A stretch of 64,000 nt of DNA from Sedimentisphaerales bacterium (GCA_963663965.2 CAXXFK010000006.1:32001-96000); one strand, 5' to 3'. Positions 11,526 through 23,058 are shown, counted from the first letter of the stretch. Program-made: numbers and translations. The notes: generated from the sequence alone by a model not told the origin.

Positions 11526-12161
11526 ATGTCTCAGGAAATGCTGGATTATTTTGATAGTGATATGAAATATCTGGGAACGGCTGATCGTGAGGTCGTGCAT
11601 GAAAATGGCTGGTGGCATCAGACGTTTCATTGCTGGGTGATTCGTTCTTCGGGCCAGATCCTGTTTCAGCGGCGCAGCCGGTACAAGGCTGAGCATGCCG
11701 GCCTGCTGGATATCACCGCCGCCGGACATTTGCTCAGTGGTGAATCCATCATGGATGGTGTCCGGGAACTGGAGGAAGAAATTGGCGTGCGTGCCGATTT
11801 TGAAAAGCTGATCAACCTGGGCCTGCGAATTAATGCCGAAATGCTGGGAATGAAAATCAATCATGAGTTTTCCCATGAGTATTTTGTGCTGGATGATCGC
11901 GATCTGGATGAGTTTGTTTTGCAACCGGAAGAAGTGGAGGGGATTTTTGCGGCGGATATCAACGATGCAATCCGGTTTTTTGCCGGTCAGGATGATGTAC
12001 TGGCCATGCAGGGTGTGAAATTAAGTGACAATAATCAGATGAAGCAAGTCGATATCCATGTCAGGCCGGTGGATGTGGTATCACGAATCGGACCTTATTA
12101 TCTGACGGTTTGCCTGATGGCCCAGCGTTTTCTGGCTGGTGAAACGATTTTATCCATTTAG
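11526..12161 (+). CDS. NUDIX hydrolase (IDI type-1-like)
   Basis: HENGWWHQTFHCWV, AGHLLSGE..GVRELEEEIG Nudix box; AGGAG RBS. Confidence 0.88.
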   Translation: MSQEMLDYFDSDMKYLGTADREVVHENGWWHQTFHCWVIRSSGQILFQRRSRYKAEHAGLLDITAAGHLLSGESIMDGVRELEEEIGVRADFEKLINLGLRINAEMLGMKINHEFSHEYFVLDDRDLDEFVLQPEEVEGIFAADINDAIRFFAGQDDVLAMQGVKLSDNNQMKQVDIHVRPVDVVSRIGPYYLTVCLMAQRFLAGETILSI

Positions 12162-12270
12162 TCTCTTAGTAATGAATCTTGCGCAAAATGGCCAGGAAAT
12201 CAATAGGGGGCGGTGAATATCCTGTGGTCCTGTTGGGTTAAGTATTACCGGATCAGATAACATGAATAGG

Positions 12271-12714
12271 TTAGTCGCTAACGGTGGCATTCCATCCGCA
12301 GTAATGTTGAATGAAACGATTCAGATCGTTTTTTTCGAACGCTTGCGGATCCCAGGTCTGTGGTAGGGCCAGATGACGAAAAGCACTTTTAAGTCGGTAA
12401 GTCCAGGCATTGATGGGTGTGCAGGAGGAATGGTCGATAAAAATATCAACAGAGATACGTTCGTAGTAATCGCCTTCAAAACGATCAAGCCGGTTAATTT
12501 CCTGGCTGGTCAGTTTAAAATAAAGAACTCCCGTTACGTCGTGGGCATTCTGTCCCGGTAATATGACCGGATAACTGTCATCCCGGATTTTCAGGCGCTG
12601 ATAACCTGGCAGTCTGCCCCGGCACTGTTTAACCGGACGCCGGATTAATAAATTCCATACGCTGGGATACATTAACGACCCATAAACGAACAAGTGTGAA
12701 TCAGGATGAGTCAT
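12271..12714 (-). CDS. Gamma-glutamylcyclotransferase (AIG2-like) family protein
   Basis: LFVYGSLM, YP, LDRFEGDYYER. Confidence 0.88.
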   Translation of the reverse strand: MTHPDSHLFVYGSLMYPSVWNLLIRRPVKQCRGRLPGYQRLKIRDDSYPVILPGQNAHDVTGVLYFKLTSQEINRLDRFEGDYYERISVDIFIDHSSCTPINAWTYRLKSAFRHLALPQTWDPQAFEKNDLNRFIQHYCGWNATVSD

Positions 12715-12956
12715 GAAGGATAGTCTCTATATTAGCGGGTCTCTTTCAATTTTCTTTATCCGCGATAATATCATAGAACTGCTCATCATTCAACAGGGAT
12801 CGGTAGAGAATTCTGTCTGTAAGGATTATCCCGTTCATCGATAAGAAAAATAACGGTATATGGTAAGATTGGGTCTGGTTTGGCTAAAGGATTTGGATTA
12901 AGTTGAGCTTGATTCGTTTGAATGTGTGATGCGAGAAATGAGTTTTTCCCCCTCAA

Positions 12957-13000
12957 CCCGGCAGACCTTTTTTTACCCTCCCGGTCTGCCGGGATTTTTT
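12957..13000 (+). terminator. Strong hairpin plus T tract in a divergent intergenic region
   Basis: CCCGGCAGACC / GGTCTGCCGGG 11-bp perfect stem followed by ATTTTTT. Confidence 0.6.
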
Positions 13001-13040
13001 GGGGGCAGGTTGTTCGGGAATCAGTAATTTAATCAGAGGC

Positions 13041-13069
13041 TTGACGGGTTATAAGTCGCCTGCTAAAAT
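13041..13069 (+). promoter_or_regulatory. Sigma70-type promoter of guaB
   Basis: TTGACG-N17-TAAAAT, 58 nt before the ATG. Confidence 0.65.
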
Positions 13070-13126
13070 AGCTGGGGATATTTTCTATGTTTATTTAACT
13101 GTTTTAAGCATAAAGGCTTATATAAT

Positions 13127-14596
13127 ATGGATGAAAAAATTACCGGCCATGCCATTACCTTTGACGATGTACTCTTACTGCCATGTGCAAGCGATTTTCT
13201 GCCACGTGAGGCGGATGTAAGGACACGCGTAACCAGAAATATAGGCATCAACATCCCATTGCTCAGTTCACCAATGGATACGGTAACCGAATCCGCACTG
13301 GCTATAGCACTGGCACAGGAAGGCGGTATTGGTATAATTCATAAGAATCTGACGATAGATCAGCAGATCCGAGAGGTTGACAAAGTTAAACGCAGTGAAA
13401 ATGGGGTGATTCTCGATCCCGTCACGCTGGGACCGGATGATTCGGTCAATACCGCGCGTAAGTTGATGACCGAACAGAATATCTCCGGGATTCCCATTGT
13501 TGATGATCAAAACAAATTGGTTGGTATCATTACCCGACGTGACCTGGCTTTTTTCAAAAACAGCGAAGATCTGGTTAAAAATGTCATGACCAGTCAGAAT
13601 CTGGTGACCAGTTCGCCAGAAACAACGATCCAGCAGGCTGAGGCGATACTCAACCAGAAAAAAGTGGAAAAACTATTGTTGATCCATCCGGATGGCACCC
13701 TGGCCGGATTAATCACCATGCGGGATATCGCCCGGGTGTATCAGTATCCCAATGCCTGTAAGGATACCCGTGGCAGGTTAAGGGTTGGCGCTTCGGTCAG
13801 TGTGCTGGATTTTCCCCGGGTGGAACAATTAATCAGTAAAGATGTCGATTTGATTGTGGTTGATTCCGCCCACGGCCATTCAAAAAATGTGCTGGAAACG
13901 GTAAAAGAGATCAAACGGAACTGGGATATCGATGTGATTGCCGGAAATGTGGCGACCTATCAGGCGGCGCGCGATTTGATTAACGCCGGCGCCGACGCCA
14001 TTCGGGTCGGGATCGGTCCCGGATCGATCTGTACCACACGGGTGGTCTCAGGTGTTGGTGTTCCACAGGTGACTGCGATTATGGAGTGTGCCAAGGCCGG
14101 CGATGAGAATGATGTTCCGATTATTGCTGATGGCGGTATCCGCATGAGCGGCGATATTACCAAGGCCATTGCGGCGGGGGCTTCCTCTGTCATGCTGGGT
14201 TCCCTGTTTGCCGGATTGGATGAATCTCCGGGCAAACTGGTGATTTATCAGGGTCGACGATTCAAGGAATATCGCGGTATGGGTTCAATGGGGGCCATGA
14301 TCACCGGCGGCGGCGCGCGCTATGGCCAGGATACCCGGGAAGCCGACAAGCTGGTGCCTGAAGGAGTGGAAGGCCGGGTGCCCTATCGCGGTACTCTGGG
14401 AGAGTATGTCTATCAACTGGTGGGCGGCTTGCGGGCCGGTATGGGCTATTGCGGCACACCCGACGTTGAATCCCTGCGGAAGCATGGCCGCTTTGTCCGG
14501 ATCACCTCTGCCAGTGTTCGTGAAAATCACCCTCATGACATTAATATTACCCACGAAGCTCCCAACTATTCGCTTCGAACTCCCCTGGAAGGCTAG
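13127..14596 (+). CDS. guaB: IMP dehydrogenase
   Basis: [12 protein letters not shown] pair, [11 protein letters not shown] active site, YRGMGS, VPEGVEG. Confidence 0.97.
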   Translation: MDEKITGHAITFDDVLLLPCASDFLPREADVRTRVTRNIGINIPLLSSPMDTVTESALAIALAQEGGIGIIHKNLTIDQQIREVDKVKRSENGVILDPVTLGPDDSVNTARKLMTEQNISGIPIVDDQNKLVGIITRRDLAFFKNSEDLVKNVMTSQNLVTSSPETTIQQAEAILNQKKVEKLLLIHPDGTLAGLITMRDIARVYQYPNACKDTRGRLRVGASVSVLDFPRVEQLISKDVDLIVVDSAHGHSKNVLETVKEIKRNWDIDVIAGNVATYQAARDLINAGADAIRVGIGPGSICTTRVVSGVGVPQVTAIMECAKAGDENDVPIIADGGIRMSGDITKAIAAGASSVMLGSLFAGLDESPGKLVIYQGRRFKEYRGMGSMGAMITGGGARYGQDTREADKLVPEGVEGRVPYRGTLGEYVYQLVGGLRAGMGYCGTPDVESLRKHGRFVRITSASVRENHPHDINITHEAPNYSLRTPLEG

Positions 14597-14599
14597 ACC

Positions 14600-15100
14600 A
14601 TGAAAGTAAAACTAACCGGCGCTATTCTGGTAAATCTTGTTATGATCCTTTGTCTGATGGGGGGGTGTTCCCGGAGCGGTTTTTTGAAAAAACCCGCTGA
14701 AACGGTTGTACAGGATGATCCCAATTCCATCTCGATTGTTTCCCTGGATGAGAGGAACATCACATCGGCAGAATCCATTCAGCCCACCGGCCGGAATCGT
14801 CCCTGGCGTGAACAGGTGGCGTATTTTCAAATGGGATCCGTCAAGCACGAGCCCATTTATTTCACCGGCGTTTACGATGATTGTACTGAATTCCCTGTGA
14901 ACTTCCGTATCTGGAATCGTAACGATATCGAAGCCACCCTCCTCCCGCCGGCTGAATTCCTGGTGGATCTGGTATTCCTACCCTGGCAGCTTTATCGCAA
15001 TCCACCTATTGAACCGGATACCAGCCGAAGTGTCTATCCCTATGTTTCACCCTGTTATGAAATTCCGTGCATGCCCGCCAGTCTGGAATGTGGCCGGTAA
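14600..15100 (+). CDS. Hypothetical lipoprotein
   Basis: Lipobox MGG-C; HEPIYF motif; starts 3 nt after the guaB stop. Confidence 0.6.
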   Translation: MKVKLTGAILVNLVMILCLMGGCSRSGFLKKPAETVVQDDPNSISIVSLDERNITSAESIQPTGRNRPWREQVAYFQMGSVKHEPIYFTGVYDDCTEFPVNFRIWNRNDIEATLLPPAEFLVDLVFLPWQLYRNPPIEPDTSRSVYPYVSPCYEIPCMPASLECGR

Positions 15101-15104
15101 GCGA

Positions 15105-15896
15105 TTAATGTTCTCTATCAGCCCGTTCAAAGGCCTGTAATATTTTGTCCAGCGCGTCATAGGGCGTTGCGCCGATATCGACCGTAAAATGTTCCTCGGT
15201 GTTGTCAGCGGTGACAACCTGTCCATTGGTGGTCAGTATATTACAGGTTTTTCGTTTGTGACTGGTCCTGGTAATCACCTGAAACGCTGCCAGTGATGGA
15301 TGGGCCAGGAACTGGACATCCATGGCCAGCGCGCTGATCGGGTATCCGTTGCGGTTCATGCCTAATTTACTGAGTCGGATTTTAAACGTATCGGGCTTGC
15401 CCGAGAGCAGGGCTACCGACGCGTGCCGGTAATAATAATCACCCTGGGCCTGTTTATGGCCTACGCGCGCCAGTTGTTCATCCGCATCAGAGAGTTGATC
15501 GACGCCCGGACAGAACAATACTTCAGGCTGGTCGTTCAGATATTTCTGTAAGAGCAGCCCCAGGCCAACCGGATCGCCGTTTTCCAGCGATAATAAACTG
15601 GTTACATTCCCGGTAACCGTATAAAAGTTAGATCCCGTGACAGGTCGTCCACCCGGTCCAAAAGGAATCATGTCATCATAATCGCCGGCATAGACATGAA
15701 TCGCGATACCGATCTCACGCAGGTTCGAACTGCAAACCACGCGCCGGGCCTGTTGGCGGGCCTGGCCCAGCGAGGGCAGCAGAATGGCAACCAACAACGA
15801 AATAATGGTAATAACGACCAGTAATTCGATCAGGGTAAAGGCCCTCAATCGCAGGTTTCGCCGCAGGCTGAATCGGGTTGTAATATCAGGGTTCAT
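15105..15896 (-). CDS. Prepilin-type N-terminal cleavage/methylation protein (planctomycete DUF1559-like)
   Basis: [45 protein letters not shown], degenerate H-X9-NG. Confidence 0.85.
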   Translation of the reverse strand: MNPDITTRFSLRRNLRLRAFTLIELLVVITIISLLVAILLPSLGQARQQARRVVCSSNLREIGIAIHVYAGDYDDMIPFGPGGRPVTGSNFYTVTGNVTSLLSLENGDPVGLGLLLQKYLNDQPEVLFCPGVDQLSDADEQLARVGHKQAQGDYYYRHASVALLSGKPDTFKIRLSKLGMNRNGYPISALAMDVQFLAHPSLAAFQVITRTSHKRKTCNILTTNGQVVTADNTEEHFTVDIGATPYDALDKILQAFERADREH

Positions 15897-16704
15897 AATG
15901 AAGCCAGGCATCGATCCATAGGATCAGGTCCTGTATGTTAATGCATCGATCGCCGGACATATCGGCAGTATCGGTGTCGCAAGCGAGCCAATGAACTGAC
16001 ATTTCAGCCAGGTCGTTCAGGTTAACTTGATGGTCAAAAGTGAAGTCAGACACGGTTTCTGAGTCAAGACGAACTGCATCGATGTCCCAGAAACCACCGG
16101 GCATTCCCGTGGAACGGATGGCAATGCCAATAGGCCTGCCCGCCCAGGGATCTTCAGGTTTAACTGCCGGCAAGGCGACCGAAAAATCCTGTAAGACGCT
16201 GGAAGACAGCGTTTCAGGGGAAACAGAGTACGAAACGATTTCAATGGTATTAGGATCGTTATCCTGAAGATAATAGAGTGACAGTTTCAATGTATTAGGA
16301 CTTGTTGGGGGGAAGCGCATCGAAACCCCGACGGCTACCGTTAATTCATAGTTTTTGCCGGGTATATAGCTGGCCTGTAAAACCTGTAAAATGGCGTTAC
16401 CCTGTTCGCTGCCGATAAAGACCAGTTGACGCCCGTCGGCATTGGTGATGTGATCATTATTGGGGCTGTTCGGTTCCGGATTTAAAAAGGTTCCAGTATT
16501 CTGACTGTATTCCAGATCGACATCCAGTTCGGTCCACATCGGGATAACCGGAATGGCATAAAATGGATTGGTGATCGGATCGATTTCAGGAATTTCGAAT
16601 GAGGCGTTGGCTATTGGAATCATTTCAGAATAAACAAAATGCCCCGGTAATATCAAGAGCGCAACGAACAATAAAGTTTTTAAGAGACCAGTCTCAGAAT
16701 TCAC
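15886..16704 (-). CDS. Secreted protein with CBM-like domain and dockerin-like C-terminus
   Basis: GGAG RBS + GTG start, signal peptide, [27 protein letters not shown] / [13 protein letters not shown]. Confidence 0.65.
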   Translation of the reverse strand: MNSETGLLKTLLFVALLILPGHFVYSEMIPIANASFEIPEIDPITNPFYAIPVIPMWTELDVDLEYSQNTGTFLNPEPNSPNNDHITNADGRQLVFIGSEQGNAILQVLQASYIPGKNYELTVAVGVSMRFPPTSPNTLKLSLYYLQDNDPNTIEIVSYSVSPETLSSSVLQDFSVALPAVKPEDPWAGRPIGIAIRSTGMPGGFWDIDAVRLDSETVSDFTFDHQVNLNDLAEMSVHWLACDTDTADMSGDRCINIQDLILWIDAWLHYEP

Positions 16705-17293
16705 GGTAATCTCTCCTTTGAGTTTAAATTTGAAGGGATCTATCGATATTTGTGATAGTTGTGTCGGACATGAAATATCTGCTTAATAATATTGTTGTGA
16801 TCCGCATAATGCTGAAAACTTAATAAATTATATGCCTCTGAAATGGCATGTCAATTCATCCGCAATTTCAACTCAGGTAATATACTTAAGAAAAAGCTTA
16901 TCGAGGCATGATAAAACTTAGCAATAATTCATGGTAATAATCGATATGCCGCTGCCCGATAACAGGGTTCAATAAATGGATTCTTGAAGTCTGTAAATTT
17001 ATAACATGTTATAATACAATGTGTTAAGCGTCTTTAGTCTATATTGGAATCTTATGATTTAACAGGAAAGTCAACCAGGCAAAGCTGATATTAAAATACG
17101 GGTATATTACGAAACATTTGATTTTTTCGCAAAGCAGACTATAATTTAAGTAATTGTAGCGCTCAAAGTCTGAGCAGTCTGACCGATCTCAGTTCATGAT
17201 CAGGGCTGGTGGCCTTGTTCAGGGATGTGATCGGATGCTTATTTACGGCTTTGAGTTGGTAAATCGATGGCTGATGTAAGAAGGAGCCTAAAT

Positions 17294-19048
17294 ATGTCAG
17301 TAATTTCAAATCAAAACGGAGCCGTTGCGGCCCCGAGTCGGAATCATTATTCAACCGAACAAATGCAAGGCGCCAAAGTTCTGTATGAAGTCTTGCGTAA
17401 AGAGGGTGTCGAAGTTGTTTTTGGCTATCCCGGCGCAGTGTTGCTGCCCTTGTTCGACCTGTTCTACGATGGCCCCATCGAACTGGTGTTAAGCCGTCAC
17501 GAGCAGGGCGCGACCCATATGGCCGATGGATATGCCCGGGCAACGGGAAAGCCCGGAGTGGTATTGGTCACCAGTGGTCCGGGCGCCTGCAACACGGTTT
17601 GTGGTGTCGCGACCGCGCATCTTGATTCGGTTCCCATGGTCGTTATGACCGGACAGGTCCGGACGACTTCTATTGGCAATGATGCGTTTCAGGAAGCCGA
17701 TATCACCGGTATTTCGCGTCCGATCACCAAACATAATATGATTATCAAATCGCCCGATGAAGTGGCCCGCTCCATGCACGAAGCCTTTTATCTGGCGCGT
17801 ACCCGCCGTCCGGGGGTGGTTTTAGTCGATCTGCCGGCTGATGTCCTGGGCGGTCAATCCGGTACTGAGGATATCGGTTATGAACCGGATCTACCCGGAT
17901 ATAAACTGCCTGGATCTGCCAATATCCGTCAGGTCAAACGGCTGGCTGAGGCTCTGAATCAGGCGGAAAAACCTGTCATTTATGTGGGTGGGGGAGTGAT
18001 CATTTCCGGCGCTTCCAATGAGGTTCGCCAACTGGTTGCCAAAGCCAACGCGCCGGTCACCACGACATTAATGGCGCTGGGCGCAGTGGATGAATCGGAT
18101 TATCATTCACTGAATATGCTGGGTATGCATGGAACCGCTTACGCCAATTTCGCCGTACAGGAATGTGATCTGCTGGTATCAATCGGCGCCCGCTTCGATG
18201 ACCGGGTAACAGGCGATGTCAAACGGTTCGCCCCCCATGCCACGATTGCCCATATCGATGTGGATCCTTCCAGTATCTCCAAGAGCGTTAAAGTCGATAT
18301 CCCGATTGTCGGTGATGCCAAATCCGTGCTGACCGAGTTGTTGCCGTTTGTCGAAACCAAACCGCGCAAAGCCTGGTTCCAGTGGATTGATGATCTTAAA
18401 CGGACTCATCCGCTGAGTTATGAAACCAGGGGTGAAAGTATCAAACCGCAGGCGGTTATTGAGGAAATCAGTCGCCAGACACAGGGCAATGCCATATTAA
18501 CCACCGGTGTCGGTCAGCATCAGATGTGGGCCGCACAGTTCTATCAATTCAAATATCCTCGCCATTTTCTTTCTTCCGGCGGTCTGGGCACCATGGGCTA
18601 TGGTCTGCCTGCCGCGATTGGCGCTCAAATCGCTTTTCCGGACAAACAGGTGATCTGTATCGAAGGCGATTGCAGTTACAGCATGACCTTAAACGAACTG
18701 CCTACTGCCGTTGAAAACAAGCTGCCGGTTAAGACCTTTGTTTTAAACAATGGCTATATGGGTATGGTTCGCCAGTGGCAGGAACTATTCTATGGCCGGC
18801 GTTATTCGAAAAGCCATATGCAGCATCCGAGTTTTGCCAAAGTGGCCCAGGCCTTTGGCGCGGTCGGAATCGAAGTTCGCAAAGCCAGTGAATTGCCGGC
18901 CGTCATTAAGCAGGTTCTGGCCGAGAAGCGGCCTTGCGTAGTCGATGTCTTCGTCGAAACCGAAGAAAATGTCTGGCCGATGGTGGCCTCCGGCAAGGCG
19001 CTTGACGAGATGGCCGGGTTGGCTGTTTCAACCATTGAACCGATCTGA
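17294..19048 (+). CDS. ilvB: Acetolactate synthase large subunit, copy 1
   Basis: [68 protein letters not shown]. Confidence 0.93.
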   Translation: MSVISNQNGAVAAPSRNHYSTEQMQGAKVLYEVLRKEGVEVVFGYPGAVLLPLFDLFYDGPIELVLSRHEQGATHMADGYARATGKPGVVLVTSGPGACNTVCGVATAHLDSVPMVVMTGQVRTTSIGNDAFQEADITGISRPITKHNMIIKSPDEVARSMHEAFYLARTRRPGVVLVDLPADVLGGQSGTEDIGYEPDLPGYKLPGSANIRQVKRLAEALNQAEKPVIYVGGGVIISGASNEVRQLVAKANAPVTTTLMALGAVDESDYHSLNMLGMHGTAYANFAVQECDLLVSIGARFDDRVTGDVKRFAPHATIAHIDVDPSSISKSVKVDIPIVGDAKSVLTELLPFVETKPRKAWFQWIDDLKRTHPLSYETRGESIKPQAVIEEISRQTQGNAILTTGVGQHQMWAAQFYQFKYPRHFLSSGGLGTMGYGLPAAIGAQIAFPDKQVICIEGDCSYSMTLNELPTAVENKLPVKTFVLNNGYMGMVRQWQELFYGRRYSKSHMQHPSFAKVAQAFGAVGIEVRKASELPAVIKQVLAEKRPCVVDVFVETEENVWPMVASGKALDEMAGLAVSTIEPI

Positions 19049-19267
19049 TCAGTTTGTTTTAACTTGTCTTATCGCAGATTTATACTATACTTATTGGTTT
19101 AAATTCTTTTGAGTTTGCATCCTGTGAGCCAATTATCCGTATCCATCTCATTGCCGCGGCCTGGCTGGCCCGGTGCGGGGAGATACGGCCGCTCGTGACT
19201 TAAATGCTTATTGCGTAATAAGATACAGGTGCATGTCTTGGAAGCTGTTTTTTGTAAGGAGTCAGTT

Positions 19268-20983
19268 ATGACCGACAAAACAAATGTATCGCCGACGATG
19301 ACCGGAGCAAAGGTTCTGGTTGAGTCTCTGCGTCGCGAAAATGTCGAAATGATTTTCGGCTATCCTGGCGGAGTTGTGCTGCCGCTTTTCGACGAGTTGT
19401 TCGACGGCCCGTTCAATTTTATTCTGACGCGTCATGAACAGGGCGCTACCCATATGGCCGATGCCTATGCCCGCACGACCGGCAAGGTAGGTGTCGTGCT
19501 GGTGACCAGCGGCCCCGGCGCCTGTAATACCATCACCGGTATTGCCACGGCTTTTATGGATTCAGTACCTATGGTGATTATCACCGGGCAGGTAAAAACC
19601 TTCATGATCGGTAATGATGCGTTCCAGGAAGCCGATGTGACCGGCATAACCCGTCCGATAACCAAACATAATTTTATAATTAAGGATCCCCGTGATCTGG
19701 CTCGCACTGTGCACGAGGCGTTTCATATTGCCCGTACCGGCCGACCCGGTCCGGTCCTGATCGATCTGCCGGTGGATGTGACCACTGCACAGGCTCCTCT
19801 GGGACGTGGATCGGAAGATATTGACCTGCCCGGTTATCATCCGCGTACTGAAGGGCATATGAGACAGATCAAGCGGGCTGCCGAGGCGATTAATGCCGCA
19901 GAGCGGCCAGTCGTTTACTCCGGTGGCGGGGTCCTCAGTAGTGGGGCTTCACAGGAACTCCGTGATCTGGTAAACAAGGCCAATATGCCTATCACCACCA
20001 CGCTGCTGGGCCTGGGCGCTTTTGATGAAAATGATCCCAAATCGCTGCATATGCTGGGAATGCATGGCACGGCCTATGCTAATTTCGCGGTACAGGAGTG
20101 CGATCTTCTCATCGCCATAGGCGCCCGTTTCGATGACCGCATTACCGGTGATGTCAAACGGTTTGCCCCCAATGCCCGGATTATTCATATCGATATTGAT
20201 CCCACCAGTATCTCTAAAAGCGTTAAAGTGGATATCCCGGTCGTGGGCGATGCCCGCAATATTCTGCAACTGTTGATTCCCCTGATTGTGTATCGGGAGC
20301 GAACACCCTGGTTTGCCCGCGTCAACGAATTAAAACAGAAATATCCGCTGACCTACGATAATAGTGGCGAAGGAATCAAGCCCCAATATGTCATCGAAGA
20401 ACTCAGCCGTCAAACCGCGGGCAAGTCGATTATTACCACCGGCGTTGGTCAGCACCAGATGTGGACTGCGCAGTATTACCGGTTCAATCAACCGCGTCAT
20501 TTTGTCAGTTCCGGCGGTTTGGGGACGATGGGATTTGGTTTCCCCGCGGCGATTGGCGCCCAACTGGCCAATCCGGACGCTCAGGTGATCTGCATCGATG
20601 GCGACAGCAGTTTCAGTATGACGCTTTTTGAACTGCCAACCGCCGTGGAGCATAAATTGCCGGTGAAAGTCTGTATCCTGAACAATGGCTATATGGGCAT
20701 GGTCCGGCAATGGCAGGAGTTGTTCTATAACAAGCGTTATTCCAAGAGCTATCTGAAACATCCCTGCTTTGCCAAAGTGGCTGAATCGTTTGGCGCGGCA
20801 GGTTATGTCGTTGAAAAGAAATCCGAAGTCCCGGTCACTATTGAGAAAATGCTCAAAGAAGACCGGTGCTGTGTGGTCGATTTCCATATTGAGCCGGAAG
20901 AGAACGTCTGGCCGATGGTGGCGGTGGGCAAAGGATTGCATGAAATGTCAGGCTTGCCAACCTCCGATAGCGAAAAGGTTTGA
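19268..20983 (+). CDS. ilvB: Acetolactate synthase large subunit, copy 2
   Basis: [51 protein letters not shown]. Confidence 0.95.
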   Translation: MTDKTNVSPTMTGAKVLVESLRRENVEMIFGYPGGVVLPLFDELFDGPFNFILTRHEQGATHMADAYARTTGKVGVVLVTSGPGACNTITGIATAFMDSVPMVIITGQVKTFMIGNDAFQEADVTGITRPITKHNFIIKDPRDLARTVHEAFHIARTGRPGPVLIDLPVDVTTAQAPLGRGSEDIDLPGYHPRTEGHMRQIKRAAEAINAAERPVVYSGGGVLSSGASQELRDLVNKANMPITTTLLGLGAFDENDPKSLHMLGMHGTAYANFAVQECDLLIAIGARFDDRITGDVKRFAPNARIIHIDIDPTSISKSVKVDIPVVGDARNILQLLIPLIVYRERTPWFARVNELKQKYPLTYDNSGEGIKPQYVIEELSRQTAGKSIITTGVGQHQMWTAQYYRFNQPRHFVSSGGLGTMGFGFPAAIGAQLANPDAQVICIDGDSSFSMTLFELPTAVEHKLPVKVCILNNGYMGMVRQWQELFYNKRYSKSYLKHPCFAKVAESFGAAGYVVEKKSEVPVTIEKMLKEDRCCVVDFHIEPEENVWPMVAVGKGLHEMSGLPTSDSEKV

Positions 20984-21047
20984 TGATCATAAAACTGAAA
21001 TCGGGCCGAAAGACCCGCTGACAAGATAAAGATAAAAAGGAATAACC

Positions 21048-21533
21048 ATGAAAAGGACAATAAGCGCATTAGTTCAAAATAAACCCGGGGTACTGGCGCA
21101 TGTAGCCGGTATGTTCGCGGCTCGTGGATTTAATATCGATTCGCTGGCCGTTGGCCGCACCGACGACCCCAATTTAAGTCGCATGACGATTGTTGTGATT
21201 GGCGATGACAGTGTGATCGAACAGGTTCGTAAACAGTTGGGCAAGATCATACCCATTGTCAAAGTGTATGATTATACCGCAGAACGCCTGGTTCAGCGTG
21301 ATCTGATGTTGATTAAAGTTGCGGCTACTCCGGACAAACGGCCGGAAATTCAGTCTCTGGTTGAAATGTTCCAGGGGCGCGTGGTTGATATTGATCCCCG
21401 TTCGGTCGTTGTCGAAATTGCCGGACCGGAAGAAAAAATTGAAGCCTTTATTGACATGTGCCGCCCCTATGGAGTAAAAGATTTGGTCAGAACCGGCATG
21501 ATTGCCATGCCGCGCTATAGCCGCGAGGGATAA
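21048..21533 (+). CDS. ilvN: Acetolactate synthase small (regulatory) subunit
   Basis: LVQNKPGVLAHVAGMFAARGFNIDSL ACT domain, VRTG. Confidence 0.95.
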   Translation: MKRTISALVQNKPGVLAHVAGMFAARGFNIDSLAVGRTDDPNLSRMTIVVIGDDSVIEQVRKQLGKIIPIVKVYDYTAERLVQRDLMLIKVAATPDKRPEIQSLVEMFQGRVVDIDPRSVVVEIAGPEEKIEAFIDMCRPYGVKDLVRTGMIAMPRYSREG

Positions 21534-21602
21534 CCTGCTTGTGGCCAGGACGCGGTTTTAAATATAACTCTTTTAATTTGCTATACTTAAGGAGTATAAA
21601 GC

Positions 21603-22607
21603 ATGAGCGCTAAAATTTATTACGAAGCAGACGCACCCAAAACGGCTCTCGAAGGAAAGACCGTTGCGGTGATCGGATACGGCAGCCAGGGCCATGCCCA
21701 CAGTCAGAATCTGCGTGATAGTGGTATCAATGTGGTCGTAGCCGAACTGGAAGGCACCGCCAATTACAAACTCGCAAAGGAACATGGTTTCAGCCCGTTG
21801 ACTGCGGATGAGGCCGTCAAACAGGGTGACTTGATTATTATTACACTGCCTGATGAAGTGCAGGCCAAAGTCTACGAAGCCGCCATCAAGCCCAACCTCA
21901 CCGCAGGTAAAACCCTTGGATTCTGTCATGGCTTCAATATTAACTTCAAATACATTGTGCCTCCGGCCGATGTGAATGTGGTGATGATCGCGCCCAAAGG
22001 TCCCGGCCATCTGGTTCGCAGCGAATATGAAAAGGGCGGTGGCGTCCCTTGTCTGATCGCTGTTTATCAGAATCCCGGCGGCAATGCCAAAGAGATTGCC
22101 TTGTCCTGGGCCAACGGTATCGGCGGCGCCCGTGCCGGTATTATCGAAACCACCTACCAGGAAGAAACGGAAACGGACCTCTTCGGTGAGCAGGCAGTGC
22201 TGTGTGGTGGTCTTTCCGCGCTGATCAAGGCCGGTTTCGAAACCCTGGTCGAAGCCGGTTACCAACCCGAAATCGCCTATTTCGAATGCATGCATGAAGT
22301 TAAATTGATCGTCGACCTGATGTATAAGGGCGGCATCGACTACATGCGTTACAGTGTCAGCAACACAGCCGAATATGGTGACCTGACCCGTGGTCCGCGA
22401 GTGGTTACTGAACAAACCAAAGCGGAGATGAAGAAAATACTCGGCGAGATTCAACGCGGTGAATTTGCCCGGGAATGGGTGGATGAATATAAGAATGGCT
22501 GCAAGAACTTCAACGCGCTTTATCAGAAAGACAAAAATCACCCCGTTGAAGTTGTCGGGCGTAAATTACGCAAGATGATGGCCTGGATCGATGCTAAGGA
22601 AGTGTGA
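21603..22607 (+). CDS. ilvC: Ketol-acid reductoisomerase
   Basis: [34 protein letters not shown]. Confidence 0.97.
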   Translation: MSAKIYYEADAPKTALEGKTVAVIGYGSQGHAHSQNLRDSGINVVVAELEGTANYKLAKEHGFSPLTADEAVKQGDLIIITLPDEVQAKVYEAAIKPNLTAGKTLGFCHGFNINFKYIVPPADVNVVMIAPKGPGHLVRSEYEKGGGVPCLIAVYQNPGGNAKEIALSWANGIGGARAGIIETTYQEETETDLFGEQAVLCGGLSALIKAGFETLVEAGYQPEIAYFECMHEVKLIVDLMYKGGIDYMRYSVSNTAEYGDLTRGPRVVTEQTKAEMKKILGEIQRGEFAREWVDEYKNGCKNFNALYQKDKNHPVEVVGRKLRKMMAWIDAKEV

Positions 22608-22657
22608 TGGGAACAGAGCGGCTTTTAGCCGTTTCGTTTCGATTACATTCGAGTTTT

Positions 22658-22692
22658 GGGCCCCTGTTCTTTATTGTGACGGGGGCTCTTTA
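22658..22692 (+). terminator. Probable terminator after ilvC
   Basis: GGGCCCCTGT / ACGGGGGCTC stem with G-U pairs, followed by Ts. Confidence 0.45.
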
Positions 22693-22726
22693 TTGTTACC
22701 GGTTGATGATGTGAGTTGAGTGGATC

Positions 22727-23035
22727 ATGACTAATCAGGAAGAAAAATTTGAAATAGTCGAACCCATTGGCAAGCGTGTCTTGATCCGTAAGGATGAAGA
22801 CAAAAAAGAGACCAAAGGGGGGATTCGGCTGCCGGACAATATCGAAATTCCCACGATTACCGGGCGGATCATGGCAGTATCGGCCGAAATCGAGAACGAT
22901 CCACTTCTGCCGCTCAAACAGTATGACAAAATCCTGTTCAATCCCAAAAATGCCATCCCGGTCGATTTTGAAGGTGATAACCGTCTGTTCGTGATCGAAC
23001 TGGAAAATATTGTGGCTGTCTTTCGCCGGAAATAA
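22727..23035 (+). CDS. groES: GroES (Cpn10) family co-chaperonin paralog
   Basis: PIGKRVLIRK, TKGGIRLPD mobile loop, ENIVAV; no groEL adjacent. Confidence 0.8.
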   Translation: MTNQEEKFEIVEPIGKRVLIRKDEDKKETKGGIRLPDNIEIPTITGRIMAVSAEIENDPLLPLKQYDKILFNPKNAIPVDFEGDNRLFVIELENIVAVFRRK

Positions 23036-23058
23036 CCGGCTTTTTGGAAAGGGATGAT

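Noticed and set aside
12900..13126. Purine riboswitch upstream of guaB
   Set aside because: No purine-aptamer consensus seen; the hairpin lies upstream of the apparent promoter.
17196..17279. Short ORF MIRAGGLVQG.. as an ilv attenuator leader peptide
   Set aside because: No run of Leu/Ile/Val codons, no clear RBS and no U-tailed terminator.
21573..22541. 322-aa ORF antisense to ilvC, and similar shadows at 8824..9735, 6199..7059 and 46200..46937
   Set aside because: Fully overlap well-supported genes on the opposite strand.
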